DNA of 64,000 nucleotides, taken from Deltaproteobacteria bacterium. Lineage in GTDB: Bacteria > Desulfobacterota > Deferrisomatia > Deferrisomatales > BM512. The notes beneath the pieces are model-generated. The model was not told where the DNA came from, made no database searches, and was given only the letters and a program-made list of their open reading frames with translations. The DNA is taken from positions 32,299-96,298 of the forward strand of contig PKTT01000002.1 in NCBI GenBank assembly GCA_002869015.1, given 5' to 3'. The first letter of the stretch is position 1; every line of letters begins with the position of its first letter. Of this stretch, positions 26,554 through 35,975 are shown one piece after another. The translations under genes and the position numbers were made by a program.

Positions 26554-26988
26554 TCAAGAGCTCTTTACGAAAGCCAACTTGGCATTCTTCTCTTCGACCA
26601 GCTCTGCAAGCGATTTTTCAGAGAAAGCCTCCTCCATGGATATCTTTACCTGGTTCCAAATCACATGAATGGGACAAAAGGAGCTCCGCTCGCACTCATC
26701 TTCCTGAGCCATGCAAACATTCAGGACCAATGACTCATCAACGGCACGCATAACATCTAGGATGGTAATCCTGGATGGTTCGCGCGCCAACGCAAAACCG
26801 CCGGATACGCCCCGCTTTGAAAGCACCAGACCGCTTTTTATCAGCGGCTGTAGTATTTTCGTAAGAAAAGCGGGGGTAATTTTTTCAGCTTCGCATATCT
26901 CCCGCTTTGATATAACAGGCGTGGGATACTTCTCCGCAAGGTGAAGCATCGCCCTAATCGAATACTCCGTGGCTCTTGTTATAATCAC
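26554..26988 (-). CDS. Rrf2 family transcriptional regulator
   Basis: MIITRATEYSIRAMLHLA N-terminus with a winged-helix region. Cys residues (C-x6-C-x5-C: CMAQEDECERSSFC) are compatible with Fe-S ligation. Confidence 0.85.
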   Translation of the reverse strand: MIITRATEYSIRAMLHLAEKYPTPVISKREICEAEKITPAFLTKILQPLIKSGLVLSKRGVSGGFALAREPSRITILDVMRAVDESLVLNVCMAQEDECERSSFCPIHVIWNQVKISMEEAFSEKSLAELVEEKNAKLAFVKSS

Positions 26989-27009
26989 TTATTAAATCTC
27001 CGCATTTAT

Positions 27010-27483
27010 TCAGCCGTTCCCCTCAAGAACCTTAAGCTCTGGAGCGGTCGGCCTGACTATAAGTACCGAACATGAAGCAGTTCTCACAACTTTCTCGGCA
27101 ACGCTCCCCAGTAAAAACCTTGAAAACCCCCTGCGGCCATGTGTGGTCATAACAATCAGGTCTACACCTTCGCTCTCAACGGTAGCGTCGATCTCCTCAA
27201 TGGGGAGGCCCTCTTTAACTATAACCGCAACGCTAAGCCCTTTTGCCCTCAACTTATCCGCTTCCTCATTCAGAGAGCGCGAGAGCTTTTTCTTTAGCTC
27301 CTCATTTGCTTCGATATTAACCGCGAACTCTGTATACCCTTCAAATGCAGCGGGTGGTATCTCCACAACGCCCAGAAGAATGATGCTGGCATGGTCGGTT
27401 TTCGCAACTTTTATCGCCCCATCTACCGCTCTTTTCGAGAATGAGGAGCCATCCAGCGGAACCAATATCTTTTTGTAGGCCAT
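27010..27483 (-). CDS. Universal stress protein (UspA family)
   Basis: MAYKKILVPLDGS...LIVMTTHGRRGFSRFLLGSVAEKVVRTASCSVLIV, the canonical USP ATP-binding pattern. Confidence 0.85.
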   Translation of the reverse strand: MAYKKILVPLDGSSFSKRAVDGAIKVAKTDHASIILLGVVEIPPAAFEGYTEFAVNIEANEELKKKLSRSLNEEADKLRAKGLSVAVIVKEGLPIEEIDATVESEGVDLIVMTTHGRRGFSRFLLGSVAEKVVRTASCSVLIVRPTAPELKVLEGNG

Positions 27484-27492
27484 AGCACTCTC

Positions 27493-28512
27493 CTAGAATA
27501 TACCTGCAATTTTAGCATCACAGTTGGCGCAGGTCGAATTATTACCTATTTTGTTAGAAAATACAAAAAAACCTTTCCTGCCGATGAGAACCTCCCCACA
27601 CTCGGGGCACACAGTAGACTCTCCACCCCGCCCGTGGCGATTGCCCGCGTAGACATATTTCAGCCCTGCCTTATACCCCAAATTCATTGCCATCTCCAAT
27701 GTTTCAAATGGTGTAGGGCTTGCATCCAAAAGCTTGTAGGTTGGGAAAAAGGCGCTCAGATGCCAGGGAATGTCAGGGCTGACGGAGGATATAAATTCAG
27801 CGGCCCTCAAAAGCTCACTCTCAGAGTCGTTATACCCAGGAATCACTAGAGTGGTGACCTCGACCCAAACACCTAGCCTATGAAGCTCGCGTATATTGGA
27901 GAGAACAGGCTCCAGCCTACCCCCGCAAACCCCCTTGTAAAATTCATCGCTGAAACCTTTAAGGTCGACATTTACCGCGTCGAGGTTGGGTGCGGCCAGT
28001 TCGAGCGCCGCCTCACTCATAAAGCCATTGGTTACAAATACGTTTTTTATCCCCGCCCCTCTCGCAAGCGCCATCACGTCCAGCGCATACTCCATAAAAA
28101 CCGTGGGCTCAGTGTAGGTGTAGCTTATGGATTGAGATTGGGAGGCTAAAGCATTTTTTACAGCGCCCTCAGGTGAAAGGTACTCCCCTGGGGGGATACT
28201 CCTCCTGCCGAGTTGGCTTATTGAGTAATTTTGACAGTGGTCACAACGAAGATTACATCCGGCGGTAGCTATTGAATATGTCTTGGAGGCTGGAAGAAAA
28301 TGGAAGAGGGGCTTTTTCTCTATAGGATCGACTGCGCTTGCAATAACCTTCCCATACACTAGGGTTTTAAGGGTTCCCTCATCATTTTCACGTACACCGC
28401 ATAAGCCGCGCCCACCATTTGCTATTTTGCAATTTTGAGCGCATAGGCCGCATCGGACAAAGCCCTCTCCTGCCGCCTCCCATAAGATAGCGTCCCTTAC
28501 ACTCACAGCCAT
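27493..28512 (-). CDS. AmmeMemoRadiSam system radical SAM enzyme (PFL-activase-like)
   Basis: N-terminal Cys cluster VRCGLCAQNCKI..GLCGVR. DPIEKKPLFHF motif. Radical SAM CNLRCDHCQN. C-terminal zinc ribbon CPECG...CANC. Confidence 0.75.
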   Translation of the reverse strand: MAVSVRDAILWEAAGEGFVRCGLCAQNCKIANGGRGLCGVRENDEGTLKTLVYGKVIASAVDPIEKKPLFHFLPASKTYSIATAGCNLRCDHCQNYSISQLGRRSIPPGEYLSPEGAVKNALASQSQSISYTYTEPTVFMEYALDVMALARGAGIKNVFVTNGFMSEAALELAAPNLDAVNVDLKGFSDEFYKGVCGGRLEPVLSNIRELHRLGVWVEVTTLVIPGYNDSESELLRAAEFISSVSPDIPWHLSAFFPTYKLLDASPTPFETLEMAMNLGYKAGLKYVYAGNRHGRGGESTVCPECGEVLIGRKGFFVFSNKIGNNSTCANCDAKIAGIF

Positions 28513-28582
28513 TCAGCGTCACCTCTCATAGTAGAAAAGATAGCGCCGGGAGAACTCGAGTCAAGGGTTTGCTGTTACCTCC

Positions 28583-29194
28583 TCAATCGAAGAGGTTTTT
28601 ATGCATAACCGGTTTTACCTTCTTGCGTATTTTGATTAAGACCTCATCAAGGGGTCTTTTGGGAACGTGGTGGACATCATTTTCATCACGCCAATATCTG
28701 ATTGAGCCATCTGCGGACTCAAGCTTGACTACCTCTGCGGGCTTACCCAATGCGAGGACAAGTCGTATCTCGTATTTTTCAGGGAAGTTCAGCAGCGAGT
28801 GGAGCTCCTTGTGCTTAATCGCCCCTATCATGCAGCCCCCAAAGCCCTTTTCGGCAGCGCCAAGGAGCATCGTCTGCGCAACTATGCCATCATCACACCA
28901 CCAGTTTTTGGTAATTGACGTGTCCGCGCAGATGACTATATAGCCCGTGGGGCGTTCGCCCTCTGCCGGGCCGGGCCAATCCCTCAGATAGCTTGCCCAC
29001 GCCAGCGTCTCAAAAATCTTTGCGTTAAGCTCTGCATCATCAGAGATGAAATATTTCATCGGCTGCTGGTTCGCGGCGCTGGGACAGATCCTCGCCAGCT
29101 TAACCAAATCAACCATATCCATCTTGGTTATCGGCACGTTCTCATCAAAGCGTCTATAGCTTCTTGAGGTTTCAACCAATTTAAAAAAGTCCAT
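28583..29194 (-). CDS. Nitroreductase family protein
   Basis: RRSYRRFDE and ...PSAANQQP... motifs of the FMN nitroreductase fold. ATG at 29194 is preceded by AAAGGAGGA; the 29227 start would overlap xth. Confidence 0.75.
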   Translation of the reverse strand: MDFFKLVETSRSYRRFDENVPITKMDMVDLVKLARICPSAANQQPMKYFISDDAELNAKIFETLAWASYLRDWPGPAEGERPTGYIVICADTSITKNWWCDDGIVAQTMLLGAAEKGFGGCMIGAIKHKELHSLLNFPEKYEIRLVLALGKPAEVVKLESADGSIRYWRDENDVHHVPKRPLDEVLIKIRKKVKPVMHKNLFD

Positions 29195-29205
29195 AACGTC
29201 CTCCT

Positions 29206-29988
29206 TTAAATATCGAATTCGGCCCATACAACCGTATGGTCGGAGGGCCGCTTCCAGCGTCGCGGGCTCTCGTCAATATCGCTGGCTGCGCAGAGCTTCG
29301 CCAGCGGGCGTGTGGCGAAGAGATAATCTATGCGCATCCCCTTACCCTTCCAGTACATGCCTCCCCTGTAATCCCACCAGGAGTAGCGCCCCTGCTCCTT
29401 ATTGTGAAGGCGGAAGGCGTCGGTTAAGCCAAAGTCCAATACCTCTTCCAGAGCTCTTCGCTCCTTCGATGATACGAGAATCGATTCACCCCGCTCCTCG
29501 GGGTTATAAAGGTCAATCGCTTCCCGGGCGACATTGAAGTCCCCACAGATGCATAGTCCCTCATCTGGCTCGTGATTCTTATCCAGATAGTTTCTAAACT
29601 CCCTGAAGAACTCCATCTTGAAAGGGAACTTCTCAGACTCCAGGGATTCCCCATTTGGCATATATGCGCTTAGGATTCTAACCCCGCCAATGGTCGCCGC
29701 TACTATTCGGCGCTGCTCGTTAAGGGGGTGATCTGAGGGGAGATGGGAGAGCCCCCGGGATATATCCTTAGGCTCCTCTTTGGAGAGGATTGCGACGCCA
29801 TTGTAAGTGCGCTGCCCCGCTACGGCGGCGAAATAGCCCGCCTCCCCGAAGAGGTCGTAGGGGAACTCTTCATCAGGGGTCTTAAGCTCTTGAAGGCATA
29901 GCACATCGGCATCCGAGCGCTCTAGCCATTTCAGAACTTGCTCAGCGCGGACCCTTATTGAGTTTACATTCCAAGTTGCGATCTTCAT
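29206..29988 (-). CDS. xth: Exodeoxyribonuclease III
   Basis: MKIATWNVNSIRVR start at 29988. LCLQELK, GDFNVA and SDHTVV catalytic motifs of the EEP/ExoIII family. Confidence 0.9.
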   Translation of the reverse strand: MKIATWNVNSIRVRAEQVLKWLERSDADVLCLQELKTPDEEFPYDLFGEAGYFAAVAGQRTYNGVAILSKEEPKDISRGLSHLPSDHPLNEQRRIVAATIGGVRILSAYMPNGESLESEKFPFKMEFFREFRNYLDKNHEPDEGLCICGDFNVAREAIDLYNPEERGESILVSSKERRALEEVLDFGLTDAFRLHNKEQGRYSWWDYRGGMYWKGKGMRIDYLFATRPLAKLCAASDIDESPRRWKRPSDHTVVWAEFDI

Positions 29989-30050
29989 CACTCCCCCCAA
30001 GGAGGATAATGCTGGCAATAAACAGTGAATTTCTGGATATAATATCACCC

Positions 30051-30881
30051 ATGAAAGCAAGATGCTCATACAAAGCCGTGGAGCTGCCGGTAAATAGGGA
30101 TGAGGCCCACGCTGCGCTTATAAAGTGGATGGCTAAGGGGGCGCTAGGCGGTGTCACCACCTGGGGTTCCGGCATAGCCCACAGAGAGGGGCTGCGGCTA
30201 TACTGGTTGGGGGATGAGGTACCAGATGAGCTTGCGGGTATAGCTGAGACCCTCGTGGAGGAGGACTGGACCCACCACTGGCAAGGGGCGCTAAATCGGG
30301 TGCGTATTTCCGAGCGAATTACCCTTACCCCATCCTGGCTGGCGGAGCCAGCTAAGCCGGACGGGATTGACATTCTTTTGGACCCCGGCATGGCTTTCGG
30401 CGCAGGAGACCACCCTACTACAAGGATGTGCTCCAGATTTTTGGATAAAATGGCATCCGGAGGGTTCCCGGAGGGCAGGGTGCTTGACGTGGGGGCCGGC
30501 ACTGGGGTCCTATCCATACTTGCCGCAAAAGTCGGGGCAAATATGGTTGACGCGCTGGACATTGACCCGTTTTGCCATGCGAGCTGCGAAAGGAACATTA
30601 TCCTTAATGGTGTGGAGGGTAAAGTTACCCCGCTGTTACTCTCCCTGGACCTCCTTAGCGGCGAATACGACCTCATAATTGCAAACATTGTCGCGGGCCA
30701 GCTTGCGCACCTCGCCGCCGATATCCTTAACCTCATAAAGCCCGGCGGCAAAGTCCTGCTCTCCGGCTTCAAAGAGGAAAAAGCAGCGGAGATTGGAGCC
30801 TGCTTTAAGCCGCTCGTAGAGGGCGAGCGCCTAACCGAGGAGGGTTGGTGCGCGCTTATGATGGTGAGCGCGACACCTTAG
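30051..30881 (+). CDS. prmA: Ribosomal protein L11 methyltransferase
   Basis: GMAFGAGDHPTTRMC and VLDVGAGTGVLSI motifs. ATG at 30051 is chosen because the longer ORF start at 29958 would overlap the divergent xth gene. Confidence 0.85.
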   Translation: MKARCSYKAVELPVNRDEAHAALIKWMAKGALGGVTTWGSGIAHREGLRLYWLGDEVPDELAGIAETLVEEDWTHHWQGALNRVRISERITLTPSWLAEPAKPDGIDILLDPGMAFGAGDHPTTRMCSRFLDKMASGGFPEGRVLDVGAGTGVLSILAAKVGANMVDALDIDPFCHASCERNIILNGVEGKVTPLLLSLDLLSGEYDLIIANIVAGQLAHLAADILNLIKPGGKVLLSGFKEEKAAEIGACFKPLVEGERLTEEGWCALMMVSATP

Positions 30882-30895
30882 AAAATGGAAAATAT

Positions 30896-31345
30896 ATGAC
30901 CAACTTAAAAATACGCGCTGATTTTTTCGAGGTTGTCTCAATCAAGTGGGAGCTTGCGCTTTGCAAGTACATTGAGGATGCCGTTGAGAGGGGAGAGCGT
31001 ATTTATATATGGGCGGAGTCAAGCCAGCTTGCCGAATACCTCGACGACCTTCTCTGGACCTACAATGAAAGCTCCTTTATACCCCATGCCCGTTGGAATG
31101 ATTGTGATATTTCAGAGCCCGTTGCAATTGGCACCACTCCTGGGAACCCAAATGATGCGATGCGCCTTGTAGTGGCCGGCAGAGTCGACCCCGAGCAGCT
31201 CTGCACGGGGATTGAAGATTACTCATACTTGGTGGATTTCGTCCAGAAACGTGACGAGAGTCTTACTATGCATGCGCGTGCCAGGTGGAGCGCTTTGTCT
31301 AAAGCGGGGGTCTCAGTTGAGTTTAACGCAGAGGCTGATGGTTAA
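30896..31345 (+). CDS. holC: DNA polymerase III chi subunit-like protein
   Basis: About 150 aa with FFEV...LCKYIEDAVERGERIYIW...YLDDLLWTYNESSFIPH, the chi-subunit signature (LW...F.PH). ATG at 30896. Confidence 0.6.
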   Translation: MTNLKIRADFFEVVSIKWELALCKYIEDAVERGERIYIWAESSQLAEYLDDLLWTYNESSFIPHARWNDCDISEPVAIGTTPGNPNDAMRLVVAGRVDPEQLCTGIEDYSYLVDFVQKRDESLTMHARARWSALSKAGVSVEFNAEADG

Positions 31346-31349
31346 GGCA

Positions 31350-31604
31350 TTAACCCTTCATGGTAAAGGGGTTGGGCATCATAACCCCCTTTAACTCGGC
31401 GGCAGCTATAACATACTCATAATGGGCATTACGCAGAGTATCCTCCTCGTCGCCCATATCTTCCCACTCATCCTCACTTGGCTCCATATAGATTGGAACA
31501 AGTATCGCGCCGGCTACGGTGATAACCAGAATGAGGAAGGCAAGCGCCCACAGGTATCCCAACTTGTCGGAAAGCTCCATCTTGGACCAGCGGCCTTTAA
31601 ACAA
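31350..31604 (-). CDS. Hypothetical small membrane protein with an acidic tail
   Basis: One TM helix (LGYLWALAFLILVITVAGAILVPIY) followed by EPSEDEWEDMGDEEDT. Last gene of the minus-strand operon. No family recognised. Confidence 0.4.
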   Translation of the reverse strand: MFKGRWSKMELSDKLGYLWALAFLILVITVAGAILVPIYMEPSEDEWEDMGDEEDTLRNAHYEYVIAAAELKGVMMPNPFTMKG

Positions 31605-31621
31605 CTTAAAATCACTCCCCG

Positions 31622-32218
31622 CTACCAGGTTTCGTAGCGCTCTGCGGACTTTCTGTACTCCTTGTGGTCACCCCCCAAGGTGCGAACAAGGTACAATATA
31701 CGAGATGAAAATTCCAGTGAAGAGGTCACCATAAAAGCCTCTTCAAGCAACTCTCCCACGGCGAAGGACCCATGTCCGCGGAGCATCGCCACCTTATGGT
31801 CTCTAAGCGCGGGAGGTATCACCTCCGCAACCTCCGAGGAGCCAATTGTCTTAGCCGCCTCCACAACAGGCACCTTGTGGAGGAGGTAGGATCCCTCGGA
31901 GTCCACAGGGACAATGGCATCCTGCGACAGTGATAATGCTGTCGCGTGCGGGGGGTGTGTGTGCACTATAGCAAGGGCGCTTGTCGCTTTGTAGATGGCC
32001 CGGTGCACAATAAGCTCAGAGGAGGCAAGCGTCACCATCGCGTCGTCAGCGTCAAGCCCGGTCTCAATGAGATCGTCAGGTTTAAGGCGGCCAACCATCG
32101 AGCCCCGGCGGGTTATCAAGATACGATCGCCCATGCGTACGCTCATGTTTCCCGCGTGGGAGCTTACGAGCCCGCCCAGGTAGAGGTCGCGGCCTATATC
32201 CCGAAACTGCTCATACAT
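31622..32218 (-). CDS. Class II aldolase/adducin family protein
   Basis: SHAGNMSVR and the metal-binding pattern IVHTHPPHATALS. 198 aa. Confidence 0.8.
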   Translation of the reverse strand: MYEQFRDIGRDLYLGGLVSSHAGNMSVRMGDRILITRRGSMVGRLKPDDLIETGLDADDAMVTLASSELIVHRAIYKATSALAIVHTHPPHATALSLSQDAIVPVDSEGSYLLHKVPVVEAAKTIGSSEVAEVIPPALRDHKVAMLRGHGSFAVGELLEEAFMVTSSLEFSSRILYLVRTLGGDHKEYRKSAERYETW

Positions 32219-32224
32219 ATATCC

Positions 32225-34000
32225 TTACCCCTTTCCCAAACCTAGCGACTCCAGCTTTACCCCTGTCGGAGTTCCCTCTGAGTCCCACCCTCTAAAGCGG
32301 TAATATTCATCCAGCATCTCTTCAAGGGAAACGACACGCCCCTTTAAAGCGCCTACCTGATGTGGCTCTTCTAGGAGCCTTTTGGGCAGGGTATCATCTT
32401 TTCGTGTGAAGCCTCTCTCAATATTGGCGAGCCGCTCTACATTGTATATGCGCTCGCCAACGGACATAAGCCCCTGCCCATCTATCTCCTGGCCTGTAGC
32501 CGCCCTCAAGAGCCTGGCATAATAGTCATCCTTTAAGGCAAAGGAGGTGAAGCGGCACATCCCAAGGCTATCAACGGCGGCATTAAGGTTCTGCGACACA
32601 ATGACCAGCCCCGCTTTTCCAGAGGATGAGAAGCGGTCCACTAATTTTGGGGCGGCCAAAATCTCTGGGGCGATCATATACGCCCTCAGATGGCAACCGC
32701 CGCGAGTCGAAGTTGCGTAGGCAAGCCCCTGCCCCTGGCAGCCGCGGGGGTCGTAAGCGGGTAATTCCATTCCCTTGACTGTCATGGATACCCCCCCATA
32801 CCCTTTCTTCTTGGAGAAAACACTGCTCCCGTCACCAAGCTCAGCGCCGCGTCCCTTCCCTAAGGCCATCTCCTCGACAAGAGTTAGGAGGCCATCAAGG
32901 CCGCCATCCAGCGGATTCCAGTCGAGCTTGCCCAAATCGAAAAGCTCACGAGCGGCCGCAATGGTCGAGCCGGCGGAGATAGTGTCAATCCCCAAATCGT
33001 TGGCCTTTGCATTCAGTCTGACAACTCCGGTAAGGTCGCTCAACCCAAGCGCCGCGCCAAAGGCCCAGAGGGTCTCGAACTCAGGGCCCTCCATCTCCAC
33101 CCCATCAACTTTGACCGTACGCCCGCAGGCAATGGAGCAGCCGAAGCAGCTATGGCGGCCGGAGAGGATATTGTCCCTCACCGCCTCGCCGCTTATCCTT
33201 GAGGCACCCTCGAAGGAGGAATCCCTGAAGTTCCTCACCGGCAGGGCTTCTTTACAATTCATAACATTCATTAGGACTGCGGTGCCAAATTGAGGAAGCC
33301 CTTTGGAGGTAATCGGATGCGCCGAGATAAGCTTCTTCGCCTCTCCCACCACAAAGTCGAAGGCATCTTTATTTGCGAGAGGAACCACACCCTCTCCGTG
33401 AAATGCAATTGCTTTTAGATTCTTGGCGCCGAAGAGCGCTCCAACCCCGCCGCGCCCAAAGAAACGTCCATCATGACAGACATTGGCTATGAGGGAAGAG
33501 CGCTCCCCAGCCGGACCGATAGAGAGAACAGAGTGCTTGGGGCCGACCTCGGACAACAACCTGCTCCGGGTCTCCTTATTGCCCAGCCCGGACAAAGGAG
33601 CTGCATCAAAGAAACGAACTCCACCTTCATCGATGACGAGAGAGAGCGGCTCTTCGCTCAGCCCCTCAATCCATAGGGCAGCGAAGCCGGCGCGCCTGAG
33701 CATTATGCCTGCGCGGCCCCCTGAATTAGACTCGAAGATTGTTCCTGTTAAGGGAGATATAGAGGTCAGCGAGGTCCGTGACGAGCTGGGTGCGCCGGTC
33801 CCGGCAAGGGCGCCGGGGGTTATTATCACTGGGGTATCAGGAGAGAGAGGCTCTCCAAGGTGTCTTCCGGCGGCGTAGAGGAGATGAGCGCCAAGGCCCC
33901 GTCCGCCGATATAATCTCTTATGCTTTCTAAGGCCAGCGGGGAAATTTCAATGGAGCGTTTCCCAAGGTCTACCTTGAGGAGTTTTAAATCAGCGCACAA
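32225..34000 (-). CDS. Aldehyde:ferredoxin oxidoreductase (tungsten/pterin AOR family)
   Basis: 591 aa. N-terminal LLKVDLGKRSIE. [4Fe-4S] ligands in HSCFGCSIACGR plus SLGMCRF. Conserved GLDTIS-like GIDTISAG. TTG start at 34000. Confidence 0.88.
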   Translation of the reverse strand: MCADLKLLKVDLGKRSIEISPLALESIRDYIGGRGLGAHLLYAAGRHLGEPLSPDTPVIITPGALAGTGAPSSSRTSLTSISPLTGTIFESNSGGRAGIMLRRAGFAALWIEGLSEEPLSLVIDEGGVRFFDAAPLSGLGNKETRSRLLSEVGPKHSVLSIGPAGERSSLIANVCHDGRFFGRGGVGALFGAKNLKAIAFHGEGVVPLANKDAFDFVVGEAKKLISAHPITSKGLPQFGTAVLMNVMNCKEALPVRNFRDSSFEGASRISGEAVRDNILSGRHSCFGCSIACGRTVKVDGVEMEGPEFETLWAFGAALGLSDLTGVVRLNAKANDLGIDTISAGSTIAAARELFDLGKLDWNPLDGGLDGLLTLVEEMALGKGRGAELGDGSSVFSKKKGYGGVSMTVKGMELPAYDPRGCQGQGLAYATSTRGGCHLRAYMIAPEILAAPKLVDRFSSSGKAGLVIVSQNLNAAVDSLGMCRFTSFALKDDYYARLLRAATGQEIDGQGLMSVGERIYNVERLANIERGFTRKDDTLPKRLLEEPHQVGALKGRVVSLEEMLDEYYRFRGWDSEGTPTGVKLESLGLGKG

Positions 34001-34003
34001 AGG

Positions 34004-34249
34004 CTACCCCTTGCGGCCCTTGGACTTGTACTCTTCAATGCACTCCTTGGAACAGAAATACTTCCCGTCAGGGCCCTTTATTGCAGATGAAATGGGAACA
34101 TAGGTTTCGCAGTTGGGGTCTTTTACCAGCTCCTCACTCCCATCTTTTTTAGAGACCCTCGCTTTGGGCTCTTTGGAGGATGACCCCATAACTGATTTTA
34201 CGAGCTTATATACCAGGTAGATGAGGAGGATATTAATAATCCACTTCAT
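34004..34249 (-). CDS. Small membrane-anchored protein with a C-terminal Cys-rich (TRASH/YHS-like) motif
   Basis: N-terminal TM helix (MKWIINILLIYLVYKLV), then DPNCETYVPISSAIKGPDGKYFCSKECIEEY. TAATG overlap with the folK stop. Confidence 0.55.
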   Translation of the reverse strand: MKWIINILLIYLVYKLVKSVMGSSSKEPKARVSKKDGSEELVKDPNCETYVPISSAIKGPDGKYFCSKECIEEYKSKGRKG

Positions 34250-34779
34250 TAAGCCTTGCCTTTCTCAGCTGCTGGGATTGGGGTGAAACTGCCCTCGTGC
34301 CGCTCGACCCCTCCGGGATCGCCCAGCTCCAAGAGGAGTGTTGAGACGCTCTTTTTAAGGATCGGATGGACCACATCCCCGGCCAACTCCTCCAGCGGGA
34401 CAAGCACAAAGCCTCGCTGGTGCATCCTGGGATGCGGGATCTTCAAATCAGGCTCGTCCACAACCTCAGCATCCCAGAGGATTATATCCAGGTCCACCGT
34501 TCTCGGCCCATCCACCACCTCGCGTACACGCCCCAATGAGCTCTCTATCTCGTGTAGCGCGGTAATAAGCTCGCGGGGAGTCAGCGCTGTCTCAACTTCA
34601 ATCGCGCCGTTAAAAAAAACAGGCTGCCCGGCAGGGCCCCCGACAGGCGCGGTTTCATAGAGATTGCTGACCCGCGTAACCCTAGTTGCGTAAAGGCTGT
34701 CCACCGTAACTACGGCGCGGGCCAGGTTCTTCTTGACGTCGCCGACGTTGCCGCCTATTGCGACGTAGACCTTAGGCAT
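34249..34779 (-). CDS. folK: 2-amino-4-hydroxy-6-hydroxymethyldihydropteridine diphosphokinase
   Basis: VYVAIGGNVGD start, GPRTVDLDIILWD and IPHPRMHQRGFVLVPL motifs. Confidence 0.88.
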   Translation of the reverse strand: MPKVYVAIGGNVGDVKKNLARAVVTVDSLYATRVTRVSNLYETAPVGGPAGQPVFFNGAIEVETALTPRELITALHEIESSLGRVREVVDGPRTVDLDIILWDAEVVDEPDLKIPHPRMHQRGFVLVPLEELAGDVVHPILKKSVSTLLLELGDPGGVERHEGSFTPIPAAEKGKA

Positions 34780-34786
34780 TTAACCG

Positions 34787-35956
34787 CTAGACCAGCTTTG
34801 CGTTCTTAATGCGGGCCACCGCTTCTTGCAAACGCTCCTCTGGGAGGCAGAGGGTCATCCTGACGTAGCCTTCACCGGTTGGGCCAAAGCCATTGCCGGG
34901 GGTGGCTACAATACCCACAGTCTCCAGCAGCTCCTTTGCGAAGCCCGCCGAAGTGCGCCCCTCGGGTACGGGGAACCAAACATAGAGGGCCGCTTTAGGC
35001 GCCGTGGCTTTTAGCCCTGCCTCTTTTAGGCCTTTAACAAGTATGTCCCTGCGGCGCTGGTAGACCTTCCTTAGCTCCTCCTGCGGAGCCTGGTCGCCCT
35101 CAAGGGCCTCAATACCCGCTATCTGAATAGCTTCAAACAAGCCGGAGTCGACATTTGTCTTAATCTTGCCGAGGCCCGCTATAACCTCTTTGTTGCCCAC
35201 CGCGAAGCCGACGCGCCAACCAGTCATATTGTAGGTCTTGGAGAGGCTGTGAAACTCAATGCCTACATCTTTGGCCCCTTCGACCTCAAGGAAGGAGATC
35301 GGCTTCTCATCTCCGTAGTAGATCTCTGTATAAGCCGCGTCATGGCAGACGATGATGTTGTGCTTTTTCGCAAAAGCAACAACCCTCTCGAAGAAAGGTA
35401 CGTCGGCAAGGGCACTCGTCGGATTGTTGGGGTAGTTGAGAAAGAGGAGCTTGGCTTTCTCGCAGACATCCTCGGGAATTGCGTCGAGGTCCGGCAGGTA
35501 ACCGTTCTCTTCAAGGAGCGGCATGTAGTAGGAGCGCCCTCCGGCGAAGAGGGTGCCAATGTTGTATACGGGGTAGGCCGGATCGGGGACCAGGCTAATA
35601 TCCTCCGGATCTATGAAGGCAAGGCTGATGTGCGCGATGCCCTCTTTAGAGCCGATGAGGGATACAACTTCCGTGTTGGAGTCAAGGGTGACGTTGAAGC
35701 GGCGCTTGTACCAATCCGCGACCGATTTGCGGAACACCTTTAGCCCCTGGTAGGAGGGGTAGCGGTGGTAGGCGGGGTTTTCAACTGTCTCCTGAAGTTT
35801 TTTTACGATGTTGTCAAAGGTAGGCATATCGGGATCGCCGATACCCAAATCTATGATATCAACGCCGCGCTCTTTCGCTTCATTTTTCGCGCGGTCAATC
35901 TCTGCGAACAGGTATGGGGGCAGCTCCGCCACCCTCTTTGCTAGGCTGATCTTCAT
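34787..35956 (-). CDS. dapL: Class I/II aminotransferase, probable LL-diaminopimelate aminotransferase
   Basis: LPPYLFAEID...IIDLGIGDPDMPT N-terminus. PLP lysine context SLSKTYNMTGWRVG. Directly downstream of dapA-dapB. Confidence 0.7.
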   Translation of the reverse strand: MKISLAKRVAELPPYLFAEIDRAKNEAKERGVDIIDLGIGDPDMPTFDNIVKKLQETVENPAYHRYPSYQGLKVFRKSVADWYKRRFNVTLDSNTEVVSLIGSKEGIAHISLAFIDPEDISLVPDPAYPVYNIGTLFAGGRSYYMPLLEENGYLPDLDAIPEDVCEKAKLLFLNYPNNPTSALADVPFFERVVAFAKKHNIIVCHDAAYTEIYYGDEKPISFLEVEGAKDVGIEFHSLSKTYNMTGWRVGFAVGNKEVIAGLGKIKTNVDSGLFEAIQIAGIEALEGDQAPQEELRKVYQRRRDILVKGLKEAGLKATAPKAALYVWFPVPEGRTSAGFAKELLETVGIVATPGNGFGPTGEGYVRMTLCLPEERLQEAVARIKNAKLV

Positions 35957-35975
35957 CTTGATGACCTCTTAATAT

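Noticed and set aside
29942-30772. 276-aa ORF on the minus strand
   Set aside because: It lies entirely antisense to the well-supported prmA gene. It is rich in Ser, Pro, Arg and Ala, as expected for a shadow frame in GC-rich DNA, and has no recognisable motifs.
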